DNA of 64,000 bases from assembly GCF_018350175.1 (NCBI RefSeq), contig NC_058368.1, forward strand, positions 102,364,001 to 102,428,000. Reading direction: 5' to 3'. This document shows, piece after piece, positions 1 through 12,700 of this stretch. Every line of letters starts with the position of its first letter. Position 1 is the stretch's first letter. The notes below the pieces were generated by a model. That model did no database searches and was not told the DNA's origin. It saw nothing but the letters and a program-made list of their open reading frames with translations. The position numbers and the translations under genes were made by a program. Origin of the DNA: Felis catus. Taxonomy: Eukaryota.

Positions 1-103
1 TCTGATTCTGTGTCTCCCTCTCTCTCTGCCCCTCCCCCGTTCATGCTCTGTCTCTCTCTGTCCCCAAAATAAATAAACGTTGAAAAAAAAAATTAAAAAA
101 AAA
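1..103 (+). mobile_element. 3' part of young felid SINE (SINEC_Fc-type), cut by window start
   Basis: CT-rich body, aaataaataaacgttg and A tail identical in form to the full young copies downstream. Confidence 0.9.
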
Positions 104-686
104 TACAGCTCAAGTCCTTCTTTCTCCAAGCATTCAAGGACCCCAAAAGCAGGTCATGAGCCTTCCTACCTTGAATTCATGTAGCAGTCGCCATCCACAG
201 CTAGCCTTGTATTCATTCGATAGAGCACACTTCAGCACCTACCATATCCTGACCACAATGCTAAACCCTGCACCGCAGGATATTTTTTTTAAATGACTAG
301 AATTTACTCTAGCAAGGAAGCCAAGATGACACATGACACAAATGGCTGTAATGACAACGCAGGATGTCATGAGCGATATACAAACTACTTTCATAATTGA
401 AAAGAAAGAGACAGATGACTTTCCTGGGGGGGGGGAACGTTGCTTCAAGGATTTGCTGGTTACACCAGCCCCAGAGGGATGCCGATCTCTGTCGCACGAG
501 TATTTGTGGCCCAGAAGTCATCCCTCGTGCCTTCTGACTGTGGCCTTGCATCATTCGCTTAGGTTTTCTAACTCTTCTGTCTTGCTGCTCTAGATTATGA
601 GCTCAAAATAGCCAATATTGTATAAAGTTCCCTCTCTGCCTCACACATGATAGTTAAGCAGTAAATATCTGTGTATTTCCTTCTCC

Positions 687-713
687 AAAAAAAAAAAAAA
701 AAAAAAAAAAAAA
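687..713 (+). repeat. poly(A) run
   Basis: ~27 consecutive A. Confidence 0.9.
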
Positions 714-1782
714 TGAAAACCTCTTATTTAACTCTTACCAGTTTCCAGACCCCTGTGTCTGGCACATGATCATAAACCCAGTCCCCACCTCTGTGAACCA
801 CATAGTTGAATACTTGATATGTTTGCACAACACGGGGTAAGGTACATCAACGCACAGGGACCCTCAGAGTCAAAAGGCTGGCAGCCAACTTCTATAGAGA
901 AGAACCCAGCCAGCGACTGTTCCACTAAGGAGGTCAAGAATGAGCAGAGCTTCCTGGGTGAGTGAAGGTTTACCAGACGGACAAGGATAGAGAGGCGGCA
1001 TCCCTGATACAACAAAGGAATGGAAAACAGACGTTGGCAGGGGGAGGTCTTTACTGGCTACCCTAACGTCTTCCCTGGTGCCTCTCATATGCACAGTGCA
1101 GAATTAACTCAACCACTCCTCTTATCCTTTATGCTGAGCGTCGTATTTGTAGAACTGTATGGTAAATTGTAAGGCCGAAAAGAATTTCCCTGCTTGTTTT
1201 AGGGTGTGGTTTTTCCCTTCCTTTCAGTCTGATGGGATATCCTGAGTTTGCATCCTCCCCAAATGAACAGCGTAGTCAACGAGCCCAGTGGCTCACTACT
1301 GCTCCAGAATTCAGGAAGAATTGCTTTTAAGGGGCAAATAATTTCTCTTCACATACACTGTGCTCCGTTCCTGAGGAAACATTCCAGGCAAGGTTCCTTC
1401 TGAGCAACTATGTAAGTTAGCACTGAATGTGCCTAAAGTATGCAGCCCTGGGGATTATACCAGAAACTGTGGGTAAATCAAGAGGCCTTTTTGTTAAGGG
1501 ATCTAGCCAATGGTCAATCCCATGTGGTTTCTCTGAGATTTACCAGCATTCTGAGCAGGGAACAAGCAACCACAAGAAATCTGGTGTGAGCAGCACCTTC
1601 CACAGTTGGATCTCATCATCACTGGCCACTCTCACCCTTCCCCCCTCACTGCTATTCTCTCCTGAAAATCCAAAATAACTTCCTCACCCCAAACCCTTCT
1701 GGGGATTCCTGACCTAGGAATTATAAAAATTTTAGGTTATCGGACAAGTAGGCATTTCATCTAAAAATCCCCATCTCTGTTT

Positions 1783-2003
1783 AAACAAAATTTTTTTTAA
1801 TGTTTTCATTTATTTTTGAGACAGAGAGAGACACAGCATGAGCAGGGGAAGGGCAGAGAGAGCGGGAGACACAGAATCCAAAGCAGGCTGCAGACTCGGA
1901 GCTGTCAGTACAGAGCCCGATGAGGGGCTCGAACTCACGGATTGTGAGATCACGACCTGAGCTGAAGTCAGACGCTTCACCGACTGAGCCACCCAGGCGC
2001 ACC
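1783..2003 (-). mobile_element. Felid SINE, intermediate-age type
   Basis: Full reverse-complement Can-SINE; TSD ccccatctctgttt at 1769-1782 and 2008-2021. Confidence 0.95.
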
Positions 2004-2139
2004 ACCCCCCCATCTCTGTTTTAATAAAGCATTATTTCTAAGATAAATGCTCCATATTCGGAGCATTTGCATGGATCTGACCTTATTTTTTTTCCCCATA
2101 GGCTAAATGCTGAGACACATTTAAAATATCAGTAGGCTA

Positions 2140-2372
2140 GGGGCGCCTGGGTGGCGCAGTCGGTTAAGTGTCCGACTTCAGCCAGGTCACGATCTTGCGG
2201 TCCGTGAGTTCGAGCCCCGCGTCGGGCTCTGGGCTGATGGCTCGGAGCCTGGAGCCTGTTTCTGATTCTGTGTCTCCCTCTCTCTCTGCCCCTCCCCCGT
2301 TCATGCTCTGTCTCTCTCTGTCCCAAAAATAAATAAACGTTGGAAAAAAAATTAAAAAATAAATAAATAAAT
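2140..2372 (+). mobile_element. Young felid SINE (SINEC_Fc-type)
   Basis: ggggcgcctgggtggcgcagtcgg head with A/B boxes, CT tract, A tail; TSD aaaatatcagtaggctag at 2123-2140 and 2373-2390. Confidence 0.97.
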
Positions 2373-3498
2373 AAAATATCAGTAGGCTAGGTTTCAGAAG
2401 ATGAAGGGAATTTGGGTCTAAAAAGATTACTAAGAAAGCCTTTAGTAGGACAATTCCAAAAATACCTCCTTGGTAGAGATTTCCATATTCTTACTGGCCA
2501 GAAATTGGACATAGGAAAACATTTCGTTGACAAACTGGGGGTCTAAAAATAAATGTGAATTTCATGCTTAGCTAATATGCGTTAAAAAAAAACCACATAT
2601 GTGGACATTCAGTTCAAGAGAAGAATGGAAATCAATTTCAAGAGACTACCTAAGAGACCCGAGGGTATATGGACACTGAAAAGTGGGAAGTAACTATGAT
2701 TTGGGGCAGGACTGGTTGCCCCAGGGACTATATGGGCTCAGACCTCATATTATAGCTTTCTATTTGTCATTTTCCCCCCAAGAGTCCCTCTCTGTAAGCT
2801 CCTCCACAGAAAAGAGATTTTGTCTGGAATAGCAAGGACCGTGTTCCCATAAATTCTAAAACAATCCTATGTGGTTCTGCCCCCCACGGTAGGGACTGCC
2901 TACACCTCAGTTAGGGAAGTGCCCTTCTCTCCCTTCCCAATTTCTATGCCAGCATGGGAACCGTAAGATAAAATCAGTTGACACACTTCAGGAGGCAGTT
3001 TGTAGAAAAAATCTAACTCAACCTAGGCCATCTGTCTCCCAAGTGAGACCTATAAAAGTCCTCACTACTCATCACTTCTGTTCTTCCGTGAACAGCCCCT
3101 CTGTCGTCCGACGCCATTTTCTTCCTATACATCACACCCATTGGAGCCCGTCTCCGACAAGGTTGTGCATGGCCCCACTCAGCCCCCCTTTGGCTCATAC
3201 CAACAGTCACTGAACAGATCTGCTCTGCCAGCAGGTGTTCGGGGAAAGGGCTGAATAAGAATCAAAATGTCCCACGGCCTTCGAGAACACAAGCGAGACC
3301 AACATTTCTATCCTTTGGCAGAACAAGGACACTGAGAAAGGGAGGTAAAGGGGCTGAGGGAGAGGGGTTCAATCAGTCAGTCGCCCAAAAGCTACTTTTT
3401 GTGCTTGTGGGGTACCGGTCCTGAAGTTATTGCATTTACAAAGCCAGAGGGAAAAATAAAATGACACACCTTTGTTTATTCCATCAAAAGAGAGGGAA

Positions 3499-3618
3499 GG
3501 CACGTGGGTAGCTCAGTGGGTTGAGCGTCCAACTCTTGATTTCAGCTCAGGTCATAATCCCGGGGTGTTGGGGTCAAGCCCCACCCTGGCTCTGCCCTGA
3601 GCGTGGAGCCTGCTTAGG

Positions 3619-3661
<43 letters not shown>

Positions 3662-3760
3662 GTCTCTCTCTCTGCCTCTCTCTCTCTCTCTCTCTCTCCC
3701 TTTGCCCCTCTTCCCTGCCCCTACTTGCTCTCCCCCTCTTGCTCTAAAATGAAATAAACA
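3499..3760 (+). mobile_element. Older Can-SINE with expanded (CT)n
   Basis: Diverged head (gtagctcagtgggttgagcgtccaactcttgatttcagctcagg), long CT tract. Confidence 0.9.
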
Positions 3761-4005
3761 GGGGTGCCTCGGTGGCTCAGTTGGTTAAGTGTCCAACTCT
3801 GGCTCAGATCATGATCTCACGGTTTGTGAGTTTGAACCCCGTGTCAGGCTCTGCCCTGACCACCCAGAGCCTGCTATGGATTCTTTGTCTCCCTCTCTCT
3901 CTCTCTCTCTCTGCGCTCCTCCCCCACTTGTGCATGCGTTTTCTCTCTCTCTTCCCCCGCCCATCTCTCAAAAATAAACTTAAAAACGTTTTGAATAAAA
4001 TAAAT
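3761..4005 (+). mobile_element. Can-SINE inserted in the tail of the preceding SINE
   Basis: Head ggggtgcctcggtggctcag directly follows the aaataaaca tail of the previous copy. Confidence 0.9.
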
Positions 4006-5725
4006 GAGAATAGCCACACATGCATTTGGACACCAGCGTCCATACAGCCAAGCTCTCCCCCTACCCACTTTCTTAACTGCCCCCCAGCCAATCCATGGCT
4101 CTGGCAGAGCTTACAGGGTCAGCATTGTCTATTCTTGGGACCTGGATCTGGAAGAAGCCAATCCATGCCTGAGAAGCTGTTCCAACCAGTGAGGCAGGAA
4201 TATCCAGTGTGGACTCTTGGAGAAAGTGTGGGAGCACTACGCTTTAGGTGGGAATTGTTTCCTTGGCCCCAGGAATCCCTGCCCATGCGTAGAACGGGGC
4301 CTCATCTAGCACAAAGCCAGGGACCATCGGGGCGGGGCTGACGCTGCCTGCCTTCTGCCTCCACGACAGCCTCACCGCCACACGTATCATGCAGTCCTTG
4401 TCAGTGCATGCAGTAGCTTTCAGTAAGCACTGGCTAAAGTTAAATCAATGATAGAGTTTGGGGGAAACGAAGAACCCCATGAGAATTAATTTAAAAAATA
4501 TGTTCAGATCAGCAAATATTAACTGATCCCTTACGGGTAAGGCACCACGAAAGATTCAAAGACGAACCCATTGGGCCCCCCTCCACTTAACTAGTTACAA
4601 GCTACTATGTGTGATGATATGACTTTATAACTGTAGGGCCAGGCAATCAGATGCAAACGCTCACGGTGAAACAGGACTACGGACGCTTGTTCCTGAAAGG
4701 AAAATATTTAAAGAAAGATACCCATCAGTAGAGAGCTAATGCAGCCTCATAGTTATTAGAGAACTTGGGTACAAGATTTGATGGCGATCACTGATTATAC
4801 CATAAGCGAGGCTTTCTGAATATTTTAGACACATTCCATGCGAGTAGCAACTTCCATTTCTTTGCAATTTTGCCTGGTAAGAAACTGTGGAATGCAAATG
4901 AACTTTTTTCCTGGGGCTTCGTCCTCAGCATAATAACCTCCTTAGATACTGCTACCTTCCTAGGCTGTGCCATGTCCTGTGAACCGATCACAGACCGAGC
5001 TCTTCGACAGGCAGAAGATGCGAGCGGCTGTGACGCTCTCATACAAGGCTTGTGGCTCCTCCTGTACAAAACACTGAACTGACTCCAAGTACGAAGCAGC
5101 AAAGATGTGTATTTGCTGGCAACTATTTATCAAAGGAGCAATTCATAGACCAGATGATCAAAACTGCATTCATTCTTCAGACACTGAAAGGTTTTAGCAT
5201 TATATATTTTTGTTATTTGTAAAAGTCTCTTTGGTCAATACGGCCCCTGGCCCTGAGGTCCTTTCTGGCTAGTTCCATCTGATTGCAAGAATTCATCCTC
5301 ATCAGGAACTTCACCGGTAATTGAGTGCATTCAAGAGAAAGCTTGGCAGGTGTTTCAAGCCAACACGCAGTTACTTCCGTGCTTCAAATCAGGGAGACTT
5401 TCCTGTTGATTTTGCCCATTTCCAAGTGTTTTCCTTGGGCTGGCTACCTGAATACATTGTTACACTTGGAACCCTCATAAATGGAAGTTTCCAAGGTATC
5501 ACTGGATCAATATCTTCGTGCTATAAATGGTCTGCATTTATCTCCCTCCACTTCGGCATTACAGGTCACACCCTAACAAACTTCAAAGGCTTTCCAAGTA
5601 ACAGAGATATATTGTAACCTATTATATTCCCTGAAATAGAATGCCCACTTGCTGTGGTTTGGGAAACTCCAAGAAAGTATCTTAGGCTCTTTCAAGATGC
5701 AGAAAGAGGTAAGTGCTCAAGTGAT

Positions 5726-5792
5726 CCCCGCCCCACCCCCCCCACCACCCCCACCCCCCCCCTCCCCACCCCCCCCCCCCCCCCCCCGCCCC
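5726..5792. repeat. C-rich low-complexity tract (G-quadruplex/i-motif potential)
   Basis: ~67 bp almost entirely C runs. Confidence 0.85.
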
Positions 5793-6664
5793 AGCAAATG
5801 TCACGGATTTGTTGCACATGGTAATTAACCAGAGTTCTTTTATCCTCTCTTCATTATGGTATAGGGTCCCCTATTAACCTCACTATCCTGACTCATCCCT
5901 CATCAAGGAGCTGGGCCCATGGCATCCTCTGTCTCCCGGAAGAGTTGGGGAAGCAGAAAGGAAAGGAAAAAAAGTCACGGACTGGTCAAGTCTCAAGGTT
6001 CTAGCGTCCTAAAGCAAGGGGAATAGACAGGACTCAAAACACACAAAAGCCACAAGGAATGTGAGCCATCACTTGCTCCTTGATGATTCCACTAAGACAC
6101 CCTTGGGCTTCCCAAAGTTTGGGGAGAGAAGGGTGGTGAAGAGAGAACCAAAGGGAGGGGACATATTCAGGCCCCCAGGGAGGGAGGGGTTTGAAGGGAC
6201 TGTGAGGCAGTAGTGACGTCAGGTTCCCCGGACTTCCTGACCTTTCCTCCTTCAAGATCCCCTCTGTCACCAGCAGCCTGCTGTTTCTGAGAACCGGTCG
6301 GCCGCCACAGATGTCTGGTTTCCACACGGAGCCACGTACCTCTCTGCTCCAAAAAGCCGTGCCACCTGCCCATCCCAATGTTCCCCACAAGGCCCTTCGG
6401 ACAGCACATCCTCAGGCACCCCCTGGGAAAACAATGCCAACCTACCCCCCTATTTGTTAACCCCAATAAGTTAACCCAAGTTTCCATAACCCTCAACACT
6501 GATGAATCCTCAAAGAACTGGATCCCTCCTGGGAAGAAGGAAAGGAAAGTTAAGTCCCTGTACCAGTATGTGAATGCAAGTGGGTTCTGACTTCCCCAAG
6601 TCCCACCCCCACTCCTCCCACTCTCAGCTTTGATCCAGGCAGTGGTAAAACACATCATTATACA

Positions 6665-6860
6665 GGGGTGCTTGGGGAGCTCAGTCGGTTGAGTATCCCA
6701 CTCTTGGCTTTGACTCAAGTCACGATCTCGTGGTTCAGGCTCTGCGCTGATGGTGCAGAGCCTGCTTGGAATTCTCTCCCTCTCACCCTCTGCCCTTCTT
6801 CTGCTCTCTCTCTCTCTCTCAAAATATTTAAATAAACTTCAAACACACACACATACACAC
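6665..6860 (+). mobile_element. Older Can-SINE with internal deletion and (CA)n tail
   Basis: Head ggggtgcttggggagctcagtcgg, CT tract; degenerate TSD acacatcatta on both sides. Confidence 0.88.
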
Positions 6861-7399
6861 ACACATCATTACATAAGAATTGGCCAGAAAGCTATGAAGT
6901 CAAGAAACATTCAGATTCTGCCCAGCCAATTCTCAGAGACTAGAATATGAGCTAAAGCTCAGTGCAACACCAGCCTTCAAGCCAACTTGTCCCCTCAGCA
7001 GCCGCCTTCTGCTGTTCCCCACTCCAGGGCTCTGTGGGGGTAGATGACACGGCCACTCTCCGTTTTGCTGGGGGCCCTGGTTCACCCGCTCCTGGTGCTA
7101 CCAACTAATTCTGAGCATCTGGACTTCAAGCTACTCATGTGATAGAGCTGATTGGTTGATTGATTAGCTGGTGTCGAGGAGCTAGACTAAACTCTCAGGC
7201 CACATCCCTAATAGGCCACAGGCCAGCCTACGAGTTGGGTGCCATTGAACAGGTCACCAATTACGGGCCAGATCAATGACGTCAAACACAGTACGGGGAC
7301 TGTAGATATGGCAGTTATTCTGAGACTTTCACAGAAAGAGACATGGTAACTGACAAGTACTTTACATGTCAGGCCAGGAAAGGACCCCGGGATTGAAAG

Positions 7400-7505
7400 A
7401 CTATCATCATTTTCAATTTCTGGCAACCCAAACTCCAGGGGTGAAGTCACCCGGCCAAGGTCACACAACTCACCATGGGCTGAGTTTGGAACCGGAATCT
7501 GGATC
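7400..7505 (-). mobile_element. MIR fragment
   Basis: aaactccaggggtgaagtcacccggccaaggtcacacaac resembles the MIR core, antisense. Confidence 0.6.
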
Positions 7506-9695
7506 TCTTTATATTGTAGGAGTCGAGATATAGAGTATAAATGCCAGTCAAGGGCATGCGCCCCACTTGCCGTGTTGCCAAAATGTCAACATCCTTTCTC
7601 CTGATGTATCCAGGTAGAAACGGAGAAGCACTGACCATGTCGCAGGCACAATACTAGAGAGCTTACTTGGATCCCAAACACAGCAGAGAGTGTCGTGAGG
7701 ACTAAAGGCTAATGCTCCCTGACTGGAAGATTGCTAAGTCATCCTGGACACAGCCAGCAGCATCTCTGCCCCATAGAACGGGAAGGAAAATACAGAGGCC
7801 ACCAGAATTGCTGGTGTATGTGCATCCGTGGCTCCATGTGCCAAGTGCTGGGGGCCCTTGGACTTTGCCAAGCACCTCTCCCTGCTACACCTCCTATGCA
7901 GAGCCGTCCTGGGCTACCTTTTCTGTGCTGGTGAAACATGGGTTACCTTCATGCCCAAGAATATTAATGTGAATTATTCAAGATGTTTTACAGGCATTTC
8001 TGCAATAACTCCAAGTCTATGTACCCCATCACTGTGCATTCTGTAAAAGCGCATGCTAAAAAATAACAGGGCTTTGAGGGAAAACAGTGTTGAGGAAATC
8101 GAGACAAAAATCTATAGAACTCTGTCACAGGAGACCCAACAAAAAGACTAACAACCCTCATAGATACTTAGACACAGTTAACTTGCCACTGGCATTAGCA
8201 ACCAGCACCACATTCGGTTGATTATTTGTGGCTTTGAACCTGAGACCCTGGCTTCCTCCCTTCAGATAGAAGCCCTTAAAGGCGTGTGTTTCTAGTAGAG
8301 ACCAGTTTCATCAAAACTGAAAATCAGACCCTTTGTTCTCATACAGTGAGAAATATCTTTTTACCTTCTTTATGTGTCCTGTTGGCTTCCTCAGATTGCT
8401 TAACATGGTGAAAAATGTAGCCTTTCTTAAACCCACTAACCCAGACATTACTGGCAGTAAAAGAGATTGGTTCTACAAGATTTTCAGATTTTGTCTTGAA
8501 GTCTTCATGCCTGGCCAAAGCTTCCTCTTGAATTGTAAGAAAACTCACTTCTAATTCCTTCCAAACACCAACGTGCTTGGGAAAATTCGGTGCAAATCAA
8601 CACGACTTCTGCATTTTACTGACATGGTTCCCTATTTACTAATTGGGTTTCAGCCAATTCACATTAAATAAACATGCATGGTAATGAACGAGTGTAGTGC
8701 TTTAATTGTCCTGTTTTTAGAACAGAGGAGGCTATTAGAACAACAGCATTTTCACCAGCATGTTGGCATTTCTGTTATCAGTCGGAAATGGAACCACAAA
8801 TTACAGATAAGAGGCAAGAACTGAAAGCACACTTAAGACAGTCAAAGTTACTCGCCGACTTTCTGTGAGCTGAGTTTGGTATTACTGAGCTCGTGGTTCA
8901 ACTGAAGCAGATCGTAAATGGTGGTGGCAAAAAGAGAGCAAGAGAGTGGAACAGCATTATCCCTTCATGCTGTCTATCAGTGTATGCATGAAATGAAAAC
9001 CGGAACTGAAATCCTTGAACGCTAAAAACCAGACATGCAAGTAAAATTTCGATGAAGGAATAAGCCAAACTAGAACGTTCATCTCATTACAAGAAAGAGA
9101 CACGGAGGAGAGAGACGGAAGGAGATGGGGTCACCTGGGTTCTCAGAGACGCATGAACAGTGATGGTAAGTATTGGAGATAAGAACTCTCAAATGAATAA
9201 TGTGCTCACCGTGAATTCAAACTTACTTAATGTCATGTCCTTGTTCCTTGGAAAAAAATCTCCTGCACCCCCACCGTACACAATTTCCCAGCACAAGAAT
9301 TCCCGTCCTAGGACAACCCGTCAGGCGCCCTTAGATCCTCAATACGTGGGGAACATTCCCTCAGGTAGTATCTCAGCACCAAGGAGAGTTCCAAATCAAT
9401 CTGAGGATGAGGCCATTCTACTCTTCGGAGCAACTAAGGGAAATCTGGGCCGGCTGACTTCTTCATGCAGCTTTTGCTGTATGTGCCTCCTGATAGATTG
9501 CAATTTCACATTCCAATGAGTTATTTTGTCCCCCTCCTGGATGAGACAGGCGCATTTCTATCTCATTTCATCAGAACCCTATTCTAGAATTTATCCCAGA
9601 ACCAGGCGAGGGAATAAATTTATAAGAATTAAACTTAGGGAACAATGAGGTGAATGTTTATCTGAGAATGGAAGTGATGGTGACTCACTATGCCC

Positions 9696-9761
<66 letters not shown>
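9696..9761. repeat. Compound microsatellite (TG)14(CG)4(CA)15
   Basis: Read directly; self-complementary. Confidence 0.97.
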
Positions 9762-9762
<1 letters not shown>

Positions 9763-12700
9763 GTAATGTCAAAGTGCATACTCTACTCATTCCAGCCATC
9801 CTATGGGGGATAAAGCCATTTCCCCTTTGCCCAACAATTTGGAAATTGAGATATTAAACATATACCGGTGAATTTCCTTTTCTCAGTTGGAAACCTGAGC
9901 AATGGAATTATAATACAAACACATCCATCTTAGCCTTACATGGCACTTGTATCTCTTCCTATCTAGTTCTCCAGGAGACTTGTTTTTTCCTCCCCCCCAT
10001 CCCCAAAAAGGGAACCTGAAATAAAAAAGGACCTAGGAGAAAATGAGCTATGATTTAGGTTGCCTTTTTTCTTCTTTTATTTCAAAAGAATGGTCTGGAA
10101 CAAGGAATGCTTTTGTGAGGTAAAACAGATGATCCTCTAAGAGGGCTGCACAATATGTGAGCATTATTGATTTTTCTTCCTAAGTCATTTCAGCGATACA
10201 ATCTTGAGCCGAGTGACCGTCGATAGTAAATGATTTCCAGCCAGACACTCAATCGTCAGACCTGCTTCTCTCAAAGGTTTAGCACTTCTGGCGAAAATAC
10301 ATACATGGATTTTGAAGTACGAGTAGTATGTGACATAAGATGTAAACTTCAGAGGATTTTTACTTATTATAATAAGCCCTATAGCTGGAATTACAAAGGA
10401 GCATGTGAAAGGGAACCATAATTCCTCCTAGGTCTTTCTATTAATATATTTTTATTCCAGGCTTGAGAAATGACATCGACTAGATCTATTCCTTCCTGAA
10501 CCTTAAAGCCAAAGTGAGACCACATTAAATCATCCAGGATGCAGATTTCTTATGTCAAAGGGCATATCATAAGACAAAGTTTTAATGTCTTAAGTAGCAG
10601 TCTACCACCTTCAAAGGTTAGTAATGTCAATGGCAATGGGCAATGGGGTCCCAGGGACATCTTTTCTTTTTTTTTTTTTTTTTTTTACAATCCCTGGTGA
10701 GTCCCCTCTAAAGCTCTAACTTAAACTATATTGAAACCAAAGCCCTAGGACAATTCAAGACCACTGTTTCTCTTCTATCAAATGTTAATGACTTAACCAC
10801 AAAATTCACAATTCAACACAGCTCTTAGGACCACAATAACAACAAACAGCAACCCACACCTTCAGGTTCAATTCATGATCTCCCAACCATACATGTATTC
10901 TCTCCCTCTCACCCTCTCATTACATCCATCCTTGGAGCCAAGATGATTCTGGACAGTGTTATCTAAGTCCTCGGAAAATCAGATGCCATGGACTGCACGG
11001 GATTGATCTAATGAAAAAGAACACTCAAGGAACAGAAAAATGTGAACACTTTAAGACAATATAAGGTTCTAGTAGGTTATCCCAAGGTCTTCTGTGCAGA
11101 GTAGCATGTCAATATTCAAAGCAGCAGAAATTTAATGGCAGGAGTTAACGCGGGGAAAGCAGGGGAGAACTTAACACGACGTACCTCCGATGTTATTCCC
11201 CCTGAAAACTCCACAGTCACCTGCATTGTAAGCTTTGTGTCACCTGCATAAACAGCATTACCATAGGTTCATGGGCTCTTGGGTTTGGGCAACCAGGTGG
11301 CCAGGTTTTTATCTTTGTTTATGGAAAGACAAGCCTGCTCACCAAGCAGAGAGTCATTAGATTTGTCAGTTCCAAACAACTCATCATGTGATATCCAGCT
11401 GATCAATTTAAATTACCACTAACTTCACTATAATTGCGTCTCTAATTAGAATGATGCTGAAAGACTTTGAAAACTGTCTTGGCTTCTTTTTGCACTTACT
11501 AGAACATTAACCTCCCAAATGCCAATTGTGGAAATCTGTCCCCCCACAAGAGAGGCCTTGGGAAAATAAGGAGGAAGTAGAAGCAACGAAATGGGATGAA
11601 TTTTCTAAACTCAAGGACTCGTATTGTTTGGAAAGTCTGTTTCTCTCACGCATGAAACGCAGAAGAGCCGAAACCAGGGTAGGCAATCCGTTGTGAGCTG
11701 GAAATGGTTTTGGGATGGACAAAGGTGCTTGGCTGGAAGGGGGGATAACACAACCAGAGAGGTGCTCAAGGCCACAGTCAATAGGTCACCTCCTGCTCTC
11801 ACGTGTGCTCTCCCATAAAAGCTCATTCAAGTGTCCTTGCCAATCTTCATCGCAGGCTGGGTTCTCGCCTGTGAAGAATCGTCTCCAAGTTTTGACCGTA
11901 AGCTCAATTCTTTCTCAGACTCCATTGTAAACTCTCAAACTCTTTCAGTTTTCTTTGCCTCCTTTTCTAAAATGGAATCTGCATCAGCTTGACATCGAGC
12001 AAGTACGGTGGTAAGATCTTAGCAGAAAATGAGCACGGACGTTGGAGGTCACCTCTCAGCAGGACTCTAAGGCCTGGTCCTACACAGCGTAGGAGGAGCC
12101 AGGAAACCTGCCATTGATAAGCAGCAGCAAGTTCACCTACCCCGAGGGACCAAGTTCACTGCGACCAGGCTTCACCTCCCTCCCTTTCTCTTCCTACGCA
12201 AAGGCCTCTGGGGGAAGGCAGCCTTGGCCATTGAAAGACTTAGTTTCCCAGAGTGGGTGCCAAACATTTCTTTTTAATTGCCTCTGGGCCTCGAGACACA
12301 ACTGTTAGACCACTGAGGTCCTTCAACTTGTTCTAATATGAATCAATAGCCGCTCTCTCAATCCACCAGGTAACATTCCCATTTATTCCTTTGTATCTCC
12401 TTCAGACCCATTAATCACTCCAGCAGCGGCTCCTTCTCATAGGAGATGGGAGGAAATGATAATGTTTTATGCGAGTAATTAACCCTGTGGCAGATGTGGA
12501 GTTTCTGAGACTACCACCATTACCACATTGACGGGCTTCCGAACGCATATTCCAACCCTGGTTAGTAATGATTTTAATATGCTAATACTATGTTACCCAC
12601 AAACAAGAAACATTCGGGCCTTAAGTTTTATATAAGGGCTATTATTTGCAAAGGCTTTTCAGAGAAGACTGGTGATGAGGTTTTTATATTCTTAATGCTG

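Noticed and set aside
2129..2326. Recurring ORFs such as MGQRETEHERGRGRERGRHRI... and GAWVAQSVKRPTSA... throughout the window
   Set aside because: Translations of Can-SINE copies, not a gene family or repeat-protein system
3772..4341. 189-aa ORF
   Set aside because: Begins inside a SINE with a non-ATG start and runs through the CT tract; no recognisable domain
6167..6718. 183-aa minus-strand ORF
   Set aside because: Starts in a SINE with a non-ATG start; no recognisable homology or exon boundaries
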